Shown here: one piece after another, positions 10,701 through 19,844 of the stretch | How the letters are laid out: each line of letters opens with the position of its first letter | Position numbering within the stretch: position 1 is the stretch's first letter | NCBI GenBank assembly: GCA_937129365.1 | Contig: CAKZNB010000049.1 | Location: forward strand, 133,498-197,497 | Source: an uncultured Flavobacteriales bacterium | GTDB taxonomy: Bacteria; Bacteroidota; Bacteroidia; Flavobacteriales_D; CAJJDF01 | DNA: 64,000 nt | Direction of reading: 5' to 3' | Translations under genes and position numbers: made by a program | Notes under the pieces: model-generated | The model's database searches: none | Seen by the model: only the letters and a program-made list of their open reading frames with translations | Told to the model about the DNA's origin: nothing

Positions 10701-10853
10701 TTAATATCTGGTATAAAGTGTTAGTCTATAGCGGAGTAAATATATTTTGTTTAAATATTGAAAAATATTATTTGCTCCTTAACAAAAATACTATATTTTT
10801 TGATTTAGAGAAGAAATTATTTATTTTTACTTGTTATCAAAAAGCTACTATTC

Positions 10854-12653
10854 TTGAATAAAATCCACATTGTCTTAAGACCATTAACCAAAGTTGAAAA
10901 CGAAAAATTAGTATTTAATTTAGAGGTTAATGACAGGGTTATTTCAGTTGATGAATCTTATTTAGAATTTAGTAAAGTTGAGTTGATTGAGGTTCCTACT
11001 CAAGTCAAAAAAGACATACTGGATAATTGTTTTGCTGAGGTTCTTAATTTTCCAACATCTAAATTAGATGGAGTTGAGGTTAAAGAAAGATTTAAATTTA
11101 AAGAGATAAACTATTGGTACTATTTTAAGTTTTCCGTTTTCAATACTTATTTTCCTGTAGAGTTTGATAGTCAAATTATTGAATATGTTTTGAGTGAATC
11201 AAGTTTTTTAGTTGAAGATGAATTCATCATCTATTCTTTGAATAATTTGAATCGTGAAAAATCAGTGTGTATAACACCAGCTTCAAAAAAGAAAAAATCA
11301 GGAGTATTAAACTTAATTGGGTTTTCAGTTGTATTCTTCTTTAGGTTTTTAATAGGATTTTTTCAATCCATTTTTATATTTAATAAAACACATGTCTTTT
11401 TAAAATGGCCCTTTGTCAAATCTAAAATTATTAACCCTGACGATATAACAAAGAAAATATATGGGAATATCATTGTTGAGTATGCTACACTAGAAATGAA
11501 CAAAAATAAAAAGTTTGCTTTCGTTTCAGATGTTTTTTTACCAAATAAATCTGGCGAAAAATATAAACTGAACCAAGTGATTAACCGTTATACAATGAAA
11601 TCTTTTTATTTAGAGTTTTTTCTTGTAATATCCCTTTTTAATCCCTTTTTCTGGTTAAAATTCAGGAAATTTTATCAAAAAATGAAATATGCCTTTTTAG
11701 TAAAAGATAAGGAATCTAAATCGAACGTAATTTTCAAGATTTTTAATTCTAAAAAGAAAATGATTTATGTTCTTTTTTGGAGAGAAGAAAGTTTTAAAAC
11801 TCTATTATTTTTCAAGAAAAAATTAAAAACATTAGGTACAGTATCAGAATATGATTTTAATAATGCCTCTCTTTATAGAGCAGCTTTGGTTAAAGGATTA
11901 AAAGTTGTTGCTGTTCAGCACGGAACTGTTCATGATAGACATATGCACTATGTTTTTACTCAAAATGATAAAGATTCGGTTTTGATTCCAACTTCGACTA
12001 TTGTTTGGGGAGATTATTGGAAAGAGGTTCTAAAAAAAAACTCTATTTATACGGATGATAATTTAGAAGTTTTAGGTCAATTAAGGACTGATGTGATTCA
12101 TAAAATTCAAGATAAATATCCTGCGAGTTCTGATTTTTCTATTTTGTATGTCTCCAGTGGAATTGAATTGGGACTAGATACGAGAGGAATGATGATAAGA
12201 GAAGTAATGAAGTTATGTAATTTGTTTCCTGACATTAGGTTTTTCGTTAGACCCCATCCCAATGAATTTGACGCAGAAGAATATTACAGTAAAATTGCTA
12301 ATGAATATGGTGTTACAAACTATACATTAGACACTGATGATTTGTATGTTAGTTTGAATCGGCATCAGGTTGTGATGATTTATGATAGCACAGTGGGAGG
12401 AGAGGCTATATATTTTGACAAAACAGTAATTATTATGGATTATCTGGATAATGATAAATCTAACTACTCTGTTTATTCTTCAATTTTTCACAAAGGGAAA
12501 AATGTGAATGAGATAGCAGCCTTAATAGCTAAGATTAAAAATAAAGAGTTAATCAGCGATAAAGAAGAGCGTGCAAAATTCATTAAAGAATATGTATACA
12601 AGATTGATGGTGAAACAACAAAAAGGTATGTAGACTTTATTGAAAAAAGTTAA
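10854..12653 (+). CDS. Hypothetical membrane-associated protein; candidate GT-B-like glycosyl (nonulosonate?) transferase
   Basis: 599 aa, TTG start. Central hydrophobic segments. The C-terminal half has VQHGTVHD and RPHPNE (HP-type) motifs reminiscent of capsule/sialyl-type transferases. The function is inferred only. Confidence 0.5.
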   Translation: MNKIHIVLRPLTKVENEKLVFNLEVNDRVISVDESYLEFSKVELIEVPTQVKKDILDNCFAEVLNFPTSKLDGVEVKERFKFKEINYWYYFKFSVFNTYFPVEFDSQIIEYVLSESSFLVEDEFIIYSLNNLNREKSVCITPASKKKKSGVLNLIGFSVVFFFRFLIGFFQSIFIFNKTHVFLKWPFVKSKIINPDDITKKIYGNIIVEYATLEMNKNKKFAFVSDVFLPNKSGEKYKLNQVINRYTMKSFYLEFFLVISLFNPFFWLKFRKFYQKMKYAFLVKDKESKSNVIFKIFNSKKKMIYVLFWREESFKTLLFFKKKLKTLGTVSEYDFNNASLYRAALVKGLKVVAVQHGTVHDRHMHYVFTQNDKDSVLIPTSTIVWGDYWKEVLKKNSIYTDDNLEVLGQLRTDVIHKIQDKYPASSDFSILYVSSGIELGLDTRGMMIREVMKLCNLFPDIRFFVRPHPNEFDAEEYYSKIANEYGVTNYTLDTDDLYVSLNRHQVVMIYDSTVGGEAIYFDKTVIIMDYLDNDKSNYSVYSSIFHKGKNVNEIAALIAKIKNKELISDKEERAKFIKEYVYKIDGETTKRYVDFIEKS

Positions 12654-12654
12654 A

Positions 12655-13407
12655 CTATTTCTGTGCAATAATAAAATACCAACTCATTAATAGTGGTCCA
12701 GAACGCTGAATTTTAGTTCCGTTTTTTAACTCCTCTGTGTAAGTTTGCATATGAGAATGCTCAGGCTTTGCTAACTCAATGTCAATTTCAAAAGGAATAA
12801 ATTGAAATTTTGTGTACCCTCTTTCAGCAAAAAAATGTTTGATTTTAGGTAATGAATATATATTATAAAAAGTTTTATTGCTTGGAGTATCCGTACTTTC
12901 GTTCTCAAACTCACTCAATTCAATTTTACAGTCAACTAAGCCATCATAGAATAGTGATGAGAATGCAAGCCAATTAGAGTTTAACTTGGTCAGTTCTTCA
13001 AGAGGCTTTTCATACCCTGGAAGCCAAGATAGAGTTTGATAACTTATTATGCCATCGTATTTATTTGCTAATTTTTCGCGATCAAGTTTGTAAATGTCAC
13101 CAAATTCCAATTTGCACGAATCAATTTTTTCATTTTTAAAAAATAGATTTCCCTCTTCTACAAAATCATTGTTTATATCCAGTCCTAAATACTCACAATT
13201 AGGATAGAGTTTTTTCATGTAGTATAAATTGGAGCCTTTTCCGGTTCCAATATCCAATATTTTTTGGTTTGATTCAGAATCAATTATTTTAATTTTTTCA
13301 AGCCATTCACAAAACTTAACCGTACTTCTGTAAGGTGTTTTAAACTGTCTATTGAAATAATCGTCATTATAACTCTTAGTCCATTCTTCTGTTCTTTGTT
13401 TTGTCAT
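12655..13407 (-). CDS. Class I SAM-dependent methyltransferase
   Basis: 250 aa; ILDIGTGKGSN motif I. Confidence 0.75.
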   Translation of the reverse strand: MTKQRTEEWTKSYNDDYFNRQFKTPYRSTVKFCEWLEKIKIIDSESNQKILDIGTGKGSNLYYMKKLYPNCEYLGLDINNDFVEEGNLFFKNEKIDSCKLEFGDIYKLDREKLANKYDGIISYQTLSWLPGYEKPLEELTKLNSNWLAFSSLFYDGLVDCKIELSEFENESTDTPSNKTFYNIYSLPKIKHFFAERGYTKFQFIPFEIDIELAKPEHSHMQTYTEELKNGTKIQRSGPLLMSWYFIIAQK

Positions 13408-13474
13408 TTCTTGTTTATTTTACGCTCCTAAGTTACTAAAGTTAAAATTATGAAAACAAAAAGTTAGATTACTA

Positions 13475-15121
13475 TCAAATGATTTTATAAACAAAAATTG
13501 ATTTAGATTCATCTTTGAATTCCTTAAGTATTTGTAGTCTCTGGTTTTTATTTGTATTAATAGATACTGCCGAGAAAATATATTGACAATTCATTTGTAA
13601 CAACAAGTCATAATTGAAATCAAGATTTTCTATTTTTTCATTATTTAATTTATCTGGATTTGAACCCAACTCAGCAGAGAAACCATAACACCTAGATCCC
13701 CAATTATCAAAATTAGTTTTGATGACTTGATTTTTTTCTAATTCATTTTTAATAATCCTCCTGAATCTATGTTTGTAAGAAAGAGGATAGCTAGTAATGT
13801 AGCCATCGATAGTGTAAAAACCATTGTATTGTGCAACTGCTGGATGGAATCCAACGCTGATTACTTTGTAGGTTTTTATATCCTTATCAATTGCGTTTTT
13901 TACATTTTCAAATAAATTCTCCGCATAAAAGGATTTAAAAGTTGAGTTCTTATTTCCATAATTAACAATAAACTCATTGTTATAAAAAGCAAAAATTAAT
14001 TGAAAAGCAATGAAAAAAGCAGCAAATTTTTTGCCCCATTTATATTTAGTAATAATTTCTTTAAGTGATATAAATAATAAAATATACCAGCAAATACTAT
14101 GTAGAAAATGAAACCGCTGGAATTGTAGAGGTATAACTTTCATTATCCTTTCGTTTAATGAGTTGATTGGGCCATAATGAATAAACCCATAAAAAATAGA
14201 AGAAAGACCTATAAACAAAAGAAGTTTGACTAATATAGAATTTACTTTTTTGGATAAAATTTGTTTAGTCAACACAAAAAATACAGGAAAAATTATCAGT
14301 AAATTTAAACTTCGAGCGTGGTGTTGATTGAATAGGAATTGAATAATAGATTTCTTTATTGCTTTAAAAAAACTGATTGATTCTGAGTGAAATTCTACTC
14401 TGTGAGAAACTATATTGTTTTCAAATAGAAAAGTATATATCAAGGGATAATGACTTATTAAGTAAGATATTCCTAGTAGAAATATCCCTAAGAGAAAAAA
14501 AAATGATTTTTTCTTTCTGATTAATAAATCAGTTAGCCATATTATTCCTAAAACTATAATAAGAAAGACTCCTACTAAAATTAAAGAAGATGAAAATGCA
14601 TAAAAAACAATAAGTAACCAGTTGTAAATTTTTATGTTTCCATTTCTAAGATTAAACAACGCAAATAATACTAATGGGATCCCTGCAACACTCATCATAT
14701 AGGACCAAAATGGTAAAATAGAAAATGCCAAAGAACACATGATAAGAATAAAGTGCTGGTTTTTGTTGACAGAGAATTGATTTTTTAAAAGTAAATACAT
14801 TCCCAAAAAGGCTATAAGAGCCATTAAGACTCTGTTTACTAAATACCCCCAATACATTCCAAAAGCATTGAAAATAAGCAGGGAAAAATCATACGAAGCC
14901 ATAATAGATGAAGAAGGAATCCCATTCATTACTTGAGGAATGTTTACTCCAGTTTCTGGAAAAACCATCCCATTATTCACTAGTATTTTTACATAAGGCA
15001 CATTAGCATCTAAATTATCTATTATCTGCACATAAGAATCTTTACCTGTTATTATAAATAATAGATAATATAGTATGATAATTCCAAAAGAGATTATCAG
15101 ATATTTATTAGATGATTTCAT
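13475..15121 (-). CDS. Polytopic membrane protein, GT-C-like (resembles DUF6044-type proteins of Bacteroidota glycan loci)
   Basis: 548 aa. About 10 TM helices in the N-terminal two thirds plus a soluble C-terminal domain. Divergent from a GT2 gene. Confidence 0.65.
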   Translation of the reverse strand: MKSSNKYLIISFGIIILYYLLFIITGKDSYVQIIDNLDANVPYVKILVNNGMVFPETGVNIPQVMNGIPSSSIMASYDFSLLIFNAFGMYWGYLVNRVLMALIAFLGMYLLLKNQFSVNKNQHFILIMCSLAFSILPFWSYMMSVAGIPLVLFALFNLRNGNIKIYNWLLIVFYAFSSSLILVGVFLIIVLGIIWLTDLLIRKKKSFFFLLGIFLLGISYLISHYPLIYTFLFENNIVSHRVEFHSESISFFKAIKKSIIQFLFNQHHARSLNLLIIFPVFFVLTKQILSKKVNSILVKLLLFIGLSSIFYGFIHYGPINSLNERIMKVIPLQFQRFHFLHSICWYILLFISLKEIITKYKWGKKFAAFFIAFQLIFAFYNNEFIVNYGNKNSTFKSFYAENLFENVKNAIDKDIKTYKVISVGFHPAVAQYNGFYTIDGYITSYPLSYKHRFRRIIKNELEKNQVIKTNFDNWGSRCYGFSAELGSNPDKLNNEKIENLDFNYDLLLQMNCQYIFSAVSINTNKNQRLQILKEFKDESKSIFVYKII

Positions 15122-15289
15122 ATCTAAATACTAAGAATTTATAAAAATAGAGAATAAATAATTGAATCAAAATTTAAGTTAGCTCTATTCATTCGGCAAA
15201 CTTATTAGGTTTAATGGATTTTATCAAAAGTATTTGTAAAGTGATTTAATAAGATTTAACTTTACCATTAATAATTTAAATAACATTCT

Positions 15290-16282
15290 ATGTTTTCAAT
15301 TTCAACTATAACGCCAGTATATAAAGGAGAGAAGTATGTTTCTGAACTGGTTGAAGAAATTGAAATTGTTAGAAACAATTGGAATGAAAAGTATGAAGGG
15401 CTTAAGTTAGTAGAATCAATATTTGTTATTGATGATGCATCAGATAAATCTTTAGAAATACTTTCAAAGATTTCTGAAACAAAAGATTGGGTTCATGTAA
15501 TTGAATTATCAAAAAACTTTGGTCAACATCCCGCTACTGTTTCTGGAATACTTCATTCAGTTGGTGATTGGGTTGTAACATTGGATGAAGATTTGCAGCA
15601 TAGTCCCGATTATATTGATGAGTTAATACTTAAGGCGCTTGAGAGTAACCAAGATATTTGCTATGCTAAATCAATTGATAATACTCACAATTCATTTGTA
15701 AGAGACAAAATCTCATCACTTTTTAAAAGTATAATAGCTTATTTATCAGGGGATAAAAACATAAAAAAGTATAATAGTTATAGAGTCATTAGAGGAAATA
15801 TAGCTAGGGGAGCAGCTTCAATAGCTGGTCACGGAAGTTATTTTGATATTGTACTTAGTTGGTTTACAAGTAGATCTATTACTCATGAAATTCCCATGGA
15901 AGATGATAGAAATCAAACCGGAAATGGAAAGAGTGGTTATTCAGTTATTCAATTAATAAAACACGGTAAAAGAATGATAATGACTTCTAAAGTCAAGTTT
16001 TTAAGGCTAGGTATTATTATCGGTGGAATAGCATTTTTAGCAAGTATTTTGTTATCCTTTTATGCAATATATGCCAGAATGAATAATGCTGGAGCTATTG
16101 AAAATCAGGGCTGGGCTTCACAAATATTAGCAACTGTTTTCTTTGGTGGATTAACTATATTATTAGTTGGATTTGTTTTAGAATCTGTTTCTGATATTCT
16201 ATTAACTAGCAAGGGTAAACCTAATTTTTTTGTAGTTGATAGGTCATCTGATACAGAACTCAAAAAGATATTGAAAAAATAG
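15290..16282 (+). CDS. Family 2 glycosyltransferase, polyprenyl-phosphate sugar synthase type (GtrB/ArnC/DPM1-like)
   Basis: 330 aa. VIDDASDKS and TLDEDLQH (DxD) motifs. Two C-terminal TM helices. Confidence 0.85.
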   Translation: MFSISTITPVYKGEKYVSELVEEIEIVRNNWNEKYEGLKLVESIFVIDDASDKSLEILSKISETKDWVHVIELSKNFGQHPATVSGILHSVGDWVVTLDEDLQHSPDYIDELILKALESNQDICYAKSIDNTHNSFVRDKISSLFKSIIAYLSGDKNIKKYNSYRVIRGNIARGAASIAGHGSYFDIVLSWFTSRSITHEIPMEDDRNQTGNGKSGYSVIQLIKHGKRMIMTSKVKFLRLGIIIGGIAFLASILLSFYAIYARMNNAGAIENQGWASQILATVFFGGLTILLVGFVLESVSDILLTSKGKPNFFVVDRSSDTELKKILKK

Positions 16283-16283
16283 A

Positions 16284-17213
16284 ATGTATTATTACTATTC
16301 CAAAAATATTAATGGAGACAATGTTGGAATTATCCATTTTGGAATTGGCTTGCTAGGTAAATCGATTCAAAATAATATTTTTCAAGGACATTTTTTTGAT
16401 ACTGTCGAAAGTTCTAACTATAGAATTCATTGGGAAGATAATGAAGCTATAATTAGAAAAAACATTACAAATAGTTTTGAATCTAATAAAGCATTGTTGA
16501 ATAAATGCAGTAGAGTATATGTTATATGGAGTGCCGGAAAAATTGGATTTTCAGCAACTAATGAGGAAGCTAATTTGCAATTAGTTTCTTTTAAAAACAT
16601 TGTATCTCATTTATCTTTTTTGTTAAAAAATATTTCGGTCAAGACTAAATTTACACTTTTAGGTTCAGCGGGAGGATTATTTGAAGGTCAAATCTCTGTT
16701 TCAAGTATTACTGAACCCCGCCCAATAAGACCCTATGGTATAATGAAGTTAAATGAAGAGGAATTTCTTAAGGGTAATGATCTGTTTAATGCTATAGAGA
16801 TATGCAGAATAAGCTCAGTCTACTCTGTTAATAAGAGTAATGGAAGAAAGGGCTTAGTTCAAGTATTGGTTGAAAATGGAATTTTAAATAAAGAAACCCA
16901 TATTTTTGGTGATGAAAATACACTTAGAGATTATGTTTTAGATGATGATATCGCAAAATATATTGTATCAATAATATTCAACGATAGTACCACAAGTGAA
17001 ATAAGTTTTTTAATAAACGGGAAACCAAGTTCTATCTTTGAAATAAGAAAATTAATAGAACATATATTGAATAAGAAGCTTTACATAGTCAACTCGACTA
17101 GAAAGGCAAATTCTAAGAATATCAGCTTTAATAGTAATATATCTGCAAAAAACTTTCATTCAAGTAACTATAGTGCTAATATTGCAAAATTTATAATCAA
17201 TTTTAACAGATAA
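16284..17213 (+). CDS. SDR-fold NAD-dependent epimerase/dehydratase-like protein (divergent)
   Basis: 309 aa. GIIHFGIGLLGKS glycine-rich start and YGIMK (YxxxK). 1-nt gap to the GT2 gene. Confidence 0.55.
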   Translation: MYYYYSKNINGDNVGIIHFGIGLLGKSIQNNIFQGHFFDTVESSNYRIHWEDNEAIIRKNITNSFESNKALLNKCSRVYVIWSAGKIGFSATNEEANLQLVSFKNIVSHLSFLLKNISVKTKFTLLGSAGGLFEGQISVSSITEPRPIRPYGIMKLNEEEFLKGNDLFNAIEICRISSVYSVNKSNGRKGLVQVLVENGILNKETHIFGDENTLRDYVLDDDIAKYIVSIIFNDSTTSEISFLINGKPSSIFEIRKLIEHILNKKLYIVNSTRKANSKNISFNSNISAKNFHSSNYSANIAKFIINFNR

Positions 17214-17214
17214 T

Positions 17215-17970
17215 ATGGACAGTCTTTATTACCGTGAATACTATAAGCTAGAAAGGAATCATTGGTTTTTTCAAGTAAGAGCTAAAATAATAATGACTCA
17301 TATTGAATCAATTCTTGAGAAAAATGGAAGTTGTAAAATTTTAAATATTGGGCCTGCAACTGGTTACACATCAGAGCTCCTAGAAAAGTATGGAGAAGTT
17401 TTATCAGTTGAGTATGATAATGAATGTTATGAATTTGTAAAAGAGAAATTAGATATCAAAATAATACAAGGAACTATTCTGGATTTGGATTTTGAGGATA
17501 ATTCTTACGATTTGGTATGTGCTTTTGATGTTATTGAGCATGTTGAAGATGATCAATTAGCTGTTGATGAAATGAAGAGAGTTTGCAATAATGATGGATT
17601 TGTTGTGGTTACTGTTCCTGCGTTTCAATCATTGTGGAGTAAACATGATGAAATAAACCATCATTTCAGAAGATATAAAAAGAAACCATTATTAAATCTT
17701 TTTAATGATAAGGATGGAATTGAATATAACACTTATTTTAACTTCTTTTTGTTTCTGCCAATTGCTTTAATAAGAATAATTTCATACCGTATTTTAAGAA
17801 AAAGATTTAATAAAAATGAAGAGCAAACTGGTTCTGATTTAGAAATTGGTAATAGTTCTTTTGTTTCAAAAATAATGTATTTCATTTTTTCTATGGAACT
17901 TCCATTTATAAGAAAAAGATTGAAATTACCTTTTGGAGTATCTCTACTTGTCTCTTGGAAAAAAAAGTAA
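17215..17970 (+). CDS. Class I SAM-dependent methyltransferase with C-terminal hydrophobic tail
   Basis: 251 aa. ILNIGPATGYTS motif I, FDVIEHVEDD, hydrophobic C-terminal segment. Confidence 0.8.
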   Translation: MDSLYYREYYKLERNHWFFQVRAKIIMTHIESILEKNGSCKILNIGPATGYTSELLEKYGEVLSVEYDNECYEFVKEKLDIKIIQGTILDLDFEDNSYDLVCAFDVIEHVEDDQLAVDEMKRVCNNDGFVVVTVPAFQSLWSKHDEINHHFRRYKKKPLLNLFNDKDGIEYNTYFNFFLFLPIALIRIISYRILRKRFNKNEEQTGSDLEIGNSSFVSKIMYFIFSMELPFIRKRLKLPFGVSLLVSWKKK

Positions 17971-17974
17971 TTTT

Positions 17975-18871
17975 TTATTTAGAAAGTTTACCTAGCACAT
18001 ACCCAATCATCTTATCCACAGTTTTTTTATAATCCTTGCTGTATTGTTTAAGATGTCTGTTGGCAATTATTGCACAGATAGTTGCAGTTTTATGTCCCAT
18101 CATGCCTCCTAGAGCATACAATGCTGAAGTTTCCATTTCAAAATTCATCATTTTCAATCCATTGAATTCAAAATTAGCTAATTGTTCGTTGAGGTTTTTT
18201 TGCTTGGTTTGTACCCTTAATACTCGTCCTTGAGGACCATAAAACCCATTTCCAGTAATGGTAATTCCAGAGCTAGCTTTTTCTTTCAGTAAGTCAATCA
18301 ATTCAACGTTTCCCTGAGAAATATAGGGCTTTACAGTGGCAACACTCCAATTTACTTGCGAGAAAAATGCTTTTTCAATATCCAGTTCTACCTCGCTTGA
18401 AAGATGCTTATAAAAACCAGCCAACCCATCAAATCCCAATCCAAAATCTGAAACCACATAGCTATCCACAGGTATGTTGGGTTGCAAAGCCCCAGAAGTT
18501 CCAATTCTAATAATTGTTAGAGATTTTTTCTCTTTTTTAATTTTACGAGTCTGCAAATCGATATTCACCAAAGCGTCTAATTCATTGATAACTATATCAA
18601 TATTATCTGCTCCAATTCCTGTAGATAATGCCGAAATTCGTTTTCCTTTGTAAGTCCCAGTATGGGTTACAAACTCCCTATTGGCTACTTTATGCTCAAT
18701 GTTGTCAAAGTATTTTGATATTTGCTCCACTCTACCTTGGTCACCAACAATCAACACAGTATCTGCAAGTTGATGTGGCAATAAATGAAGATGAAATATA
18801 CTTCCATCATCATTTATTACTAATTCAGATTCCTCAAGCGGAAGCTCTGACTCATTTAAGGTAGCATCCAT
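17975..18871 (-). CDS. Nucleoside phosphorylase (PNP/UDP family 1)
   Basis: 298 aa; IRIGTSGAL and FEMETSALY motifs. Confidence 0.8.
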   Translation of the reverse strand: MDATLNESELPLEESELVINDDGSIFHLHLLPHQLADTVLIVGDQGRVEQISKYFDNIEHKVANREFVTHTGTYKGKRISALSTGIGADNIDIVINELDALVNIDLQTRKIKKEKKSLTIIRIGTSGALQPNIPVDSYVVSDFGLGFDGLAGFYKHLSSEVELDIEKAFFSQVNWSVATVKPYISQGNVELIDLLKEKASSGITITGNGFYGPQGRVLRVQTKQKNLNEQLANFEFNGLKMMNFEMETSALYALGGMMGHKTATICAIIANRHLKQYSKDYKKTVDKMIGYVLGKLSK

Positions 18872-18877
18872 AAATTA

Positions 18878-19612
18878 TTATTTATCTAATGTGCTAAATA
18901 CTTTTTTCAAAATATCTGTAACCCTTGCAGCTGGGTCTTTTCTTATTTTATTTTCTTCAATAGCCATCATTGTGAATAAACCATCTACAGCTTTGTTAGT
19001 TACATATTGATCAAGATCTGGGTTTACTTTTCCCTTCCCGTGAATAAAATCCATTGCATTATATTTACTCACAATTGGATTCCAATATTTAGTCAACTCT
19101 ACTTTTTCGATTGAGTTTTTTGCAACTGGAGAAAAAGCTTCAATTAATCTTTGTGTAGTTTTTTTCTTCAAAAAGTTTGTTGCTGCACCTTCACCACCTT
19201 TTAATATTTCAAACCCATCTTGAATACTCATACTCTTAATAGCATCCAAAAAAATAGGAGTGGCTTTTGCAGAAGCATCCTCAGCAGCTCTATTTAGTGT
19301 AGTTTCAAATGTTGCGATTTGATTTTGAAATAGACCTTTATCAGTCAAAAAGTTTTTTACTTGAATTGCATCTTCAGGAAAAGGAAGTTTGATTAAGTTA
19401 TTTCCATTAAATCCATCTAATTTTGAAGTTAATGCCGTAGAATTATTAATTGCAACGCCTAAAGCCTCTTTCAATCCAGAAATAACTTCCGTATTCGTTA
19501 ATCCAGTTTCACTTCCCTCAGTAGGGATTAAAATTTCACCTGCTACTTGTTTTGCTACATCACATGAGTGTATTGTAAATAGGGCTACTGCTAATATTAT
19601 TATCTTTTTCAT
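18878..19612 (-). CDS. Lipoprotein of unknown function (DUF4197-like)
   Basis: 244 aa. Signal peptide plus Cys (IHSC). SGLKEALGVAI ... IKLPFPED pattern as I recall it for DUF4197. Confidence 0.65.
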   Translation of the reverse strand: MKKIIILAVALFTIHSCDVAKQVAGEILIPTEGSETGLTNTEVISGLKEALGVAINNSTALTSKLDGFNGNNLIKLPFPEDAIQVKNFLTDKGLFQNQIATFETTLNRAAEDASAKATPIFLDAIKSMSIQDGFEILKGGEGAATNFLKKKTTQRLIEAFSPVAKNSIEKVELTKYWNPIVSKYNAMDFIHGKGKVNPDLDQYVTNKAVDGLFTMMAIEENKIRKDPAARVTDILKKVFSTLDK

Positions 19613-19802
19613 TCTAAGTTGTTTTGTCTGTACTATTCAATTATTGTACCAAATTACTAAAATACTTTGTGATGGCTTGTTTACCTCTTTCAATTTTATA
19701 CACAAATAGTCATAGTTTTTCAATTTCATCAGTCAAAAAGACATTTTAAAAACAAAATTAATGACAAAACGTCTTGTTTTCAGTGTTTTATCCATTTGGT
19801 TT

Positions 19803-19810
19803 TAGTTTTG
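19803..19810 (+). promoter_or_regulatory. Candidate Bacteroidota -7 box (TAGTTTTG = TAnnTTTG) upstream of clpB
   Basis: Exact match to the TAnnTTTG consensus 35 nt upstream of the clpB ATG. No well-spaced -33 TTTG was seen. Confidence 0.3.
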
Positions 19811-19844
19811 ATGCTTATAGATTGAATTCAAAAAAAGATATAAA

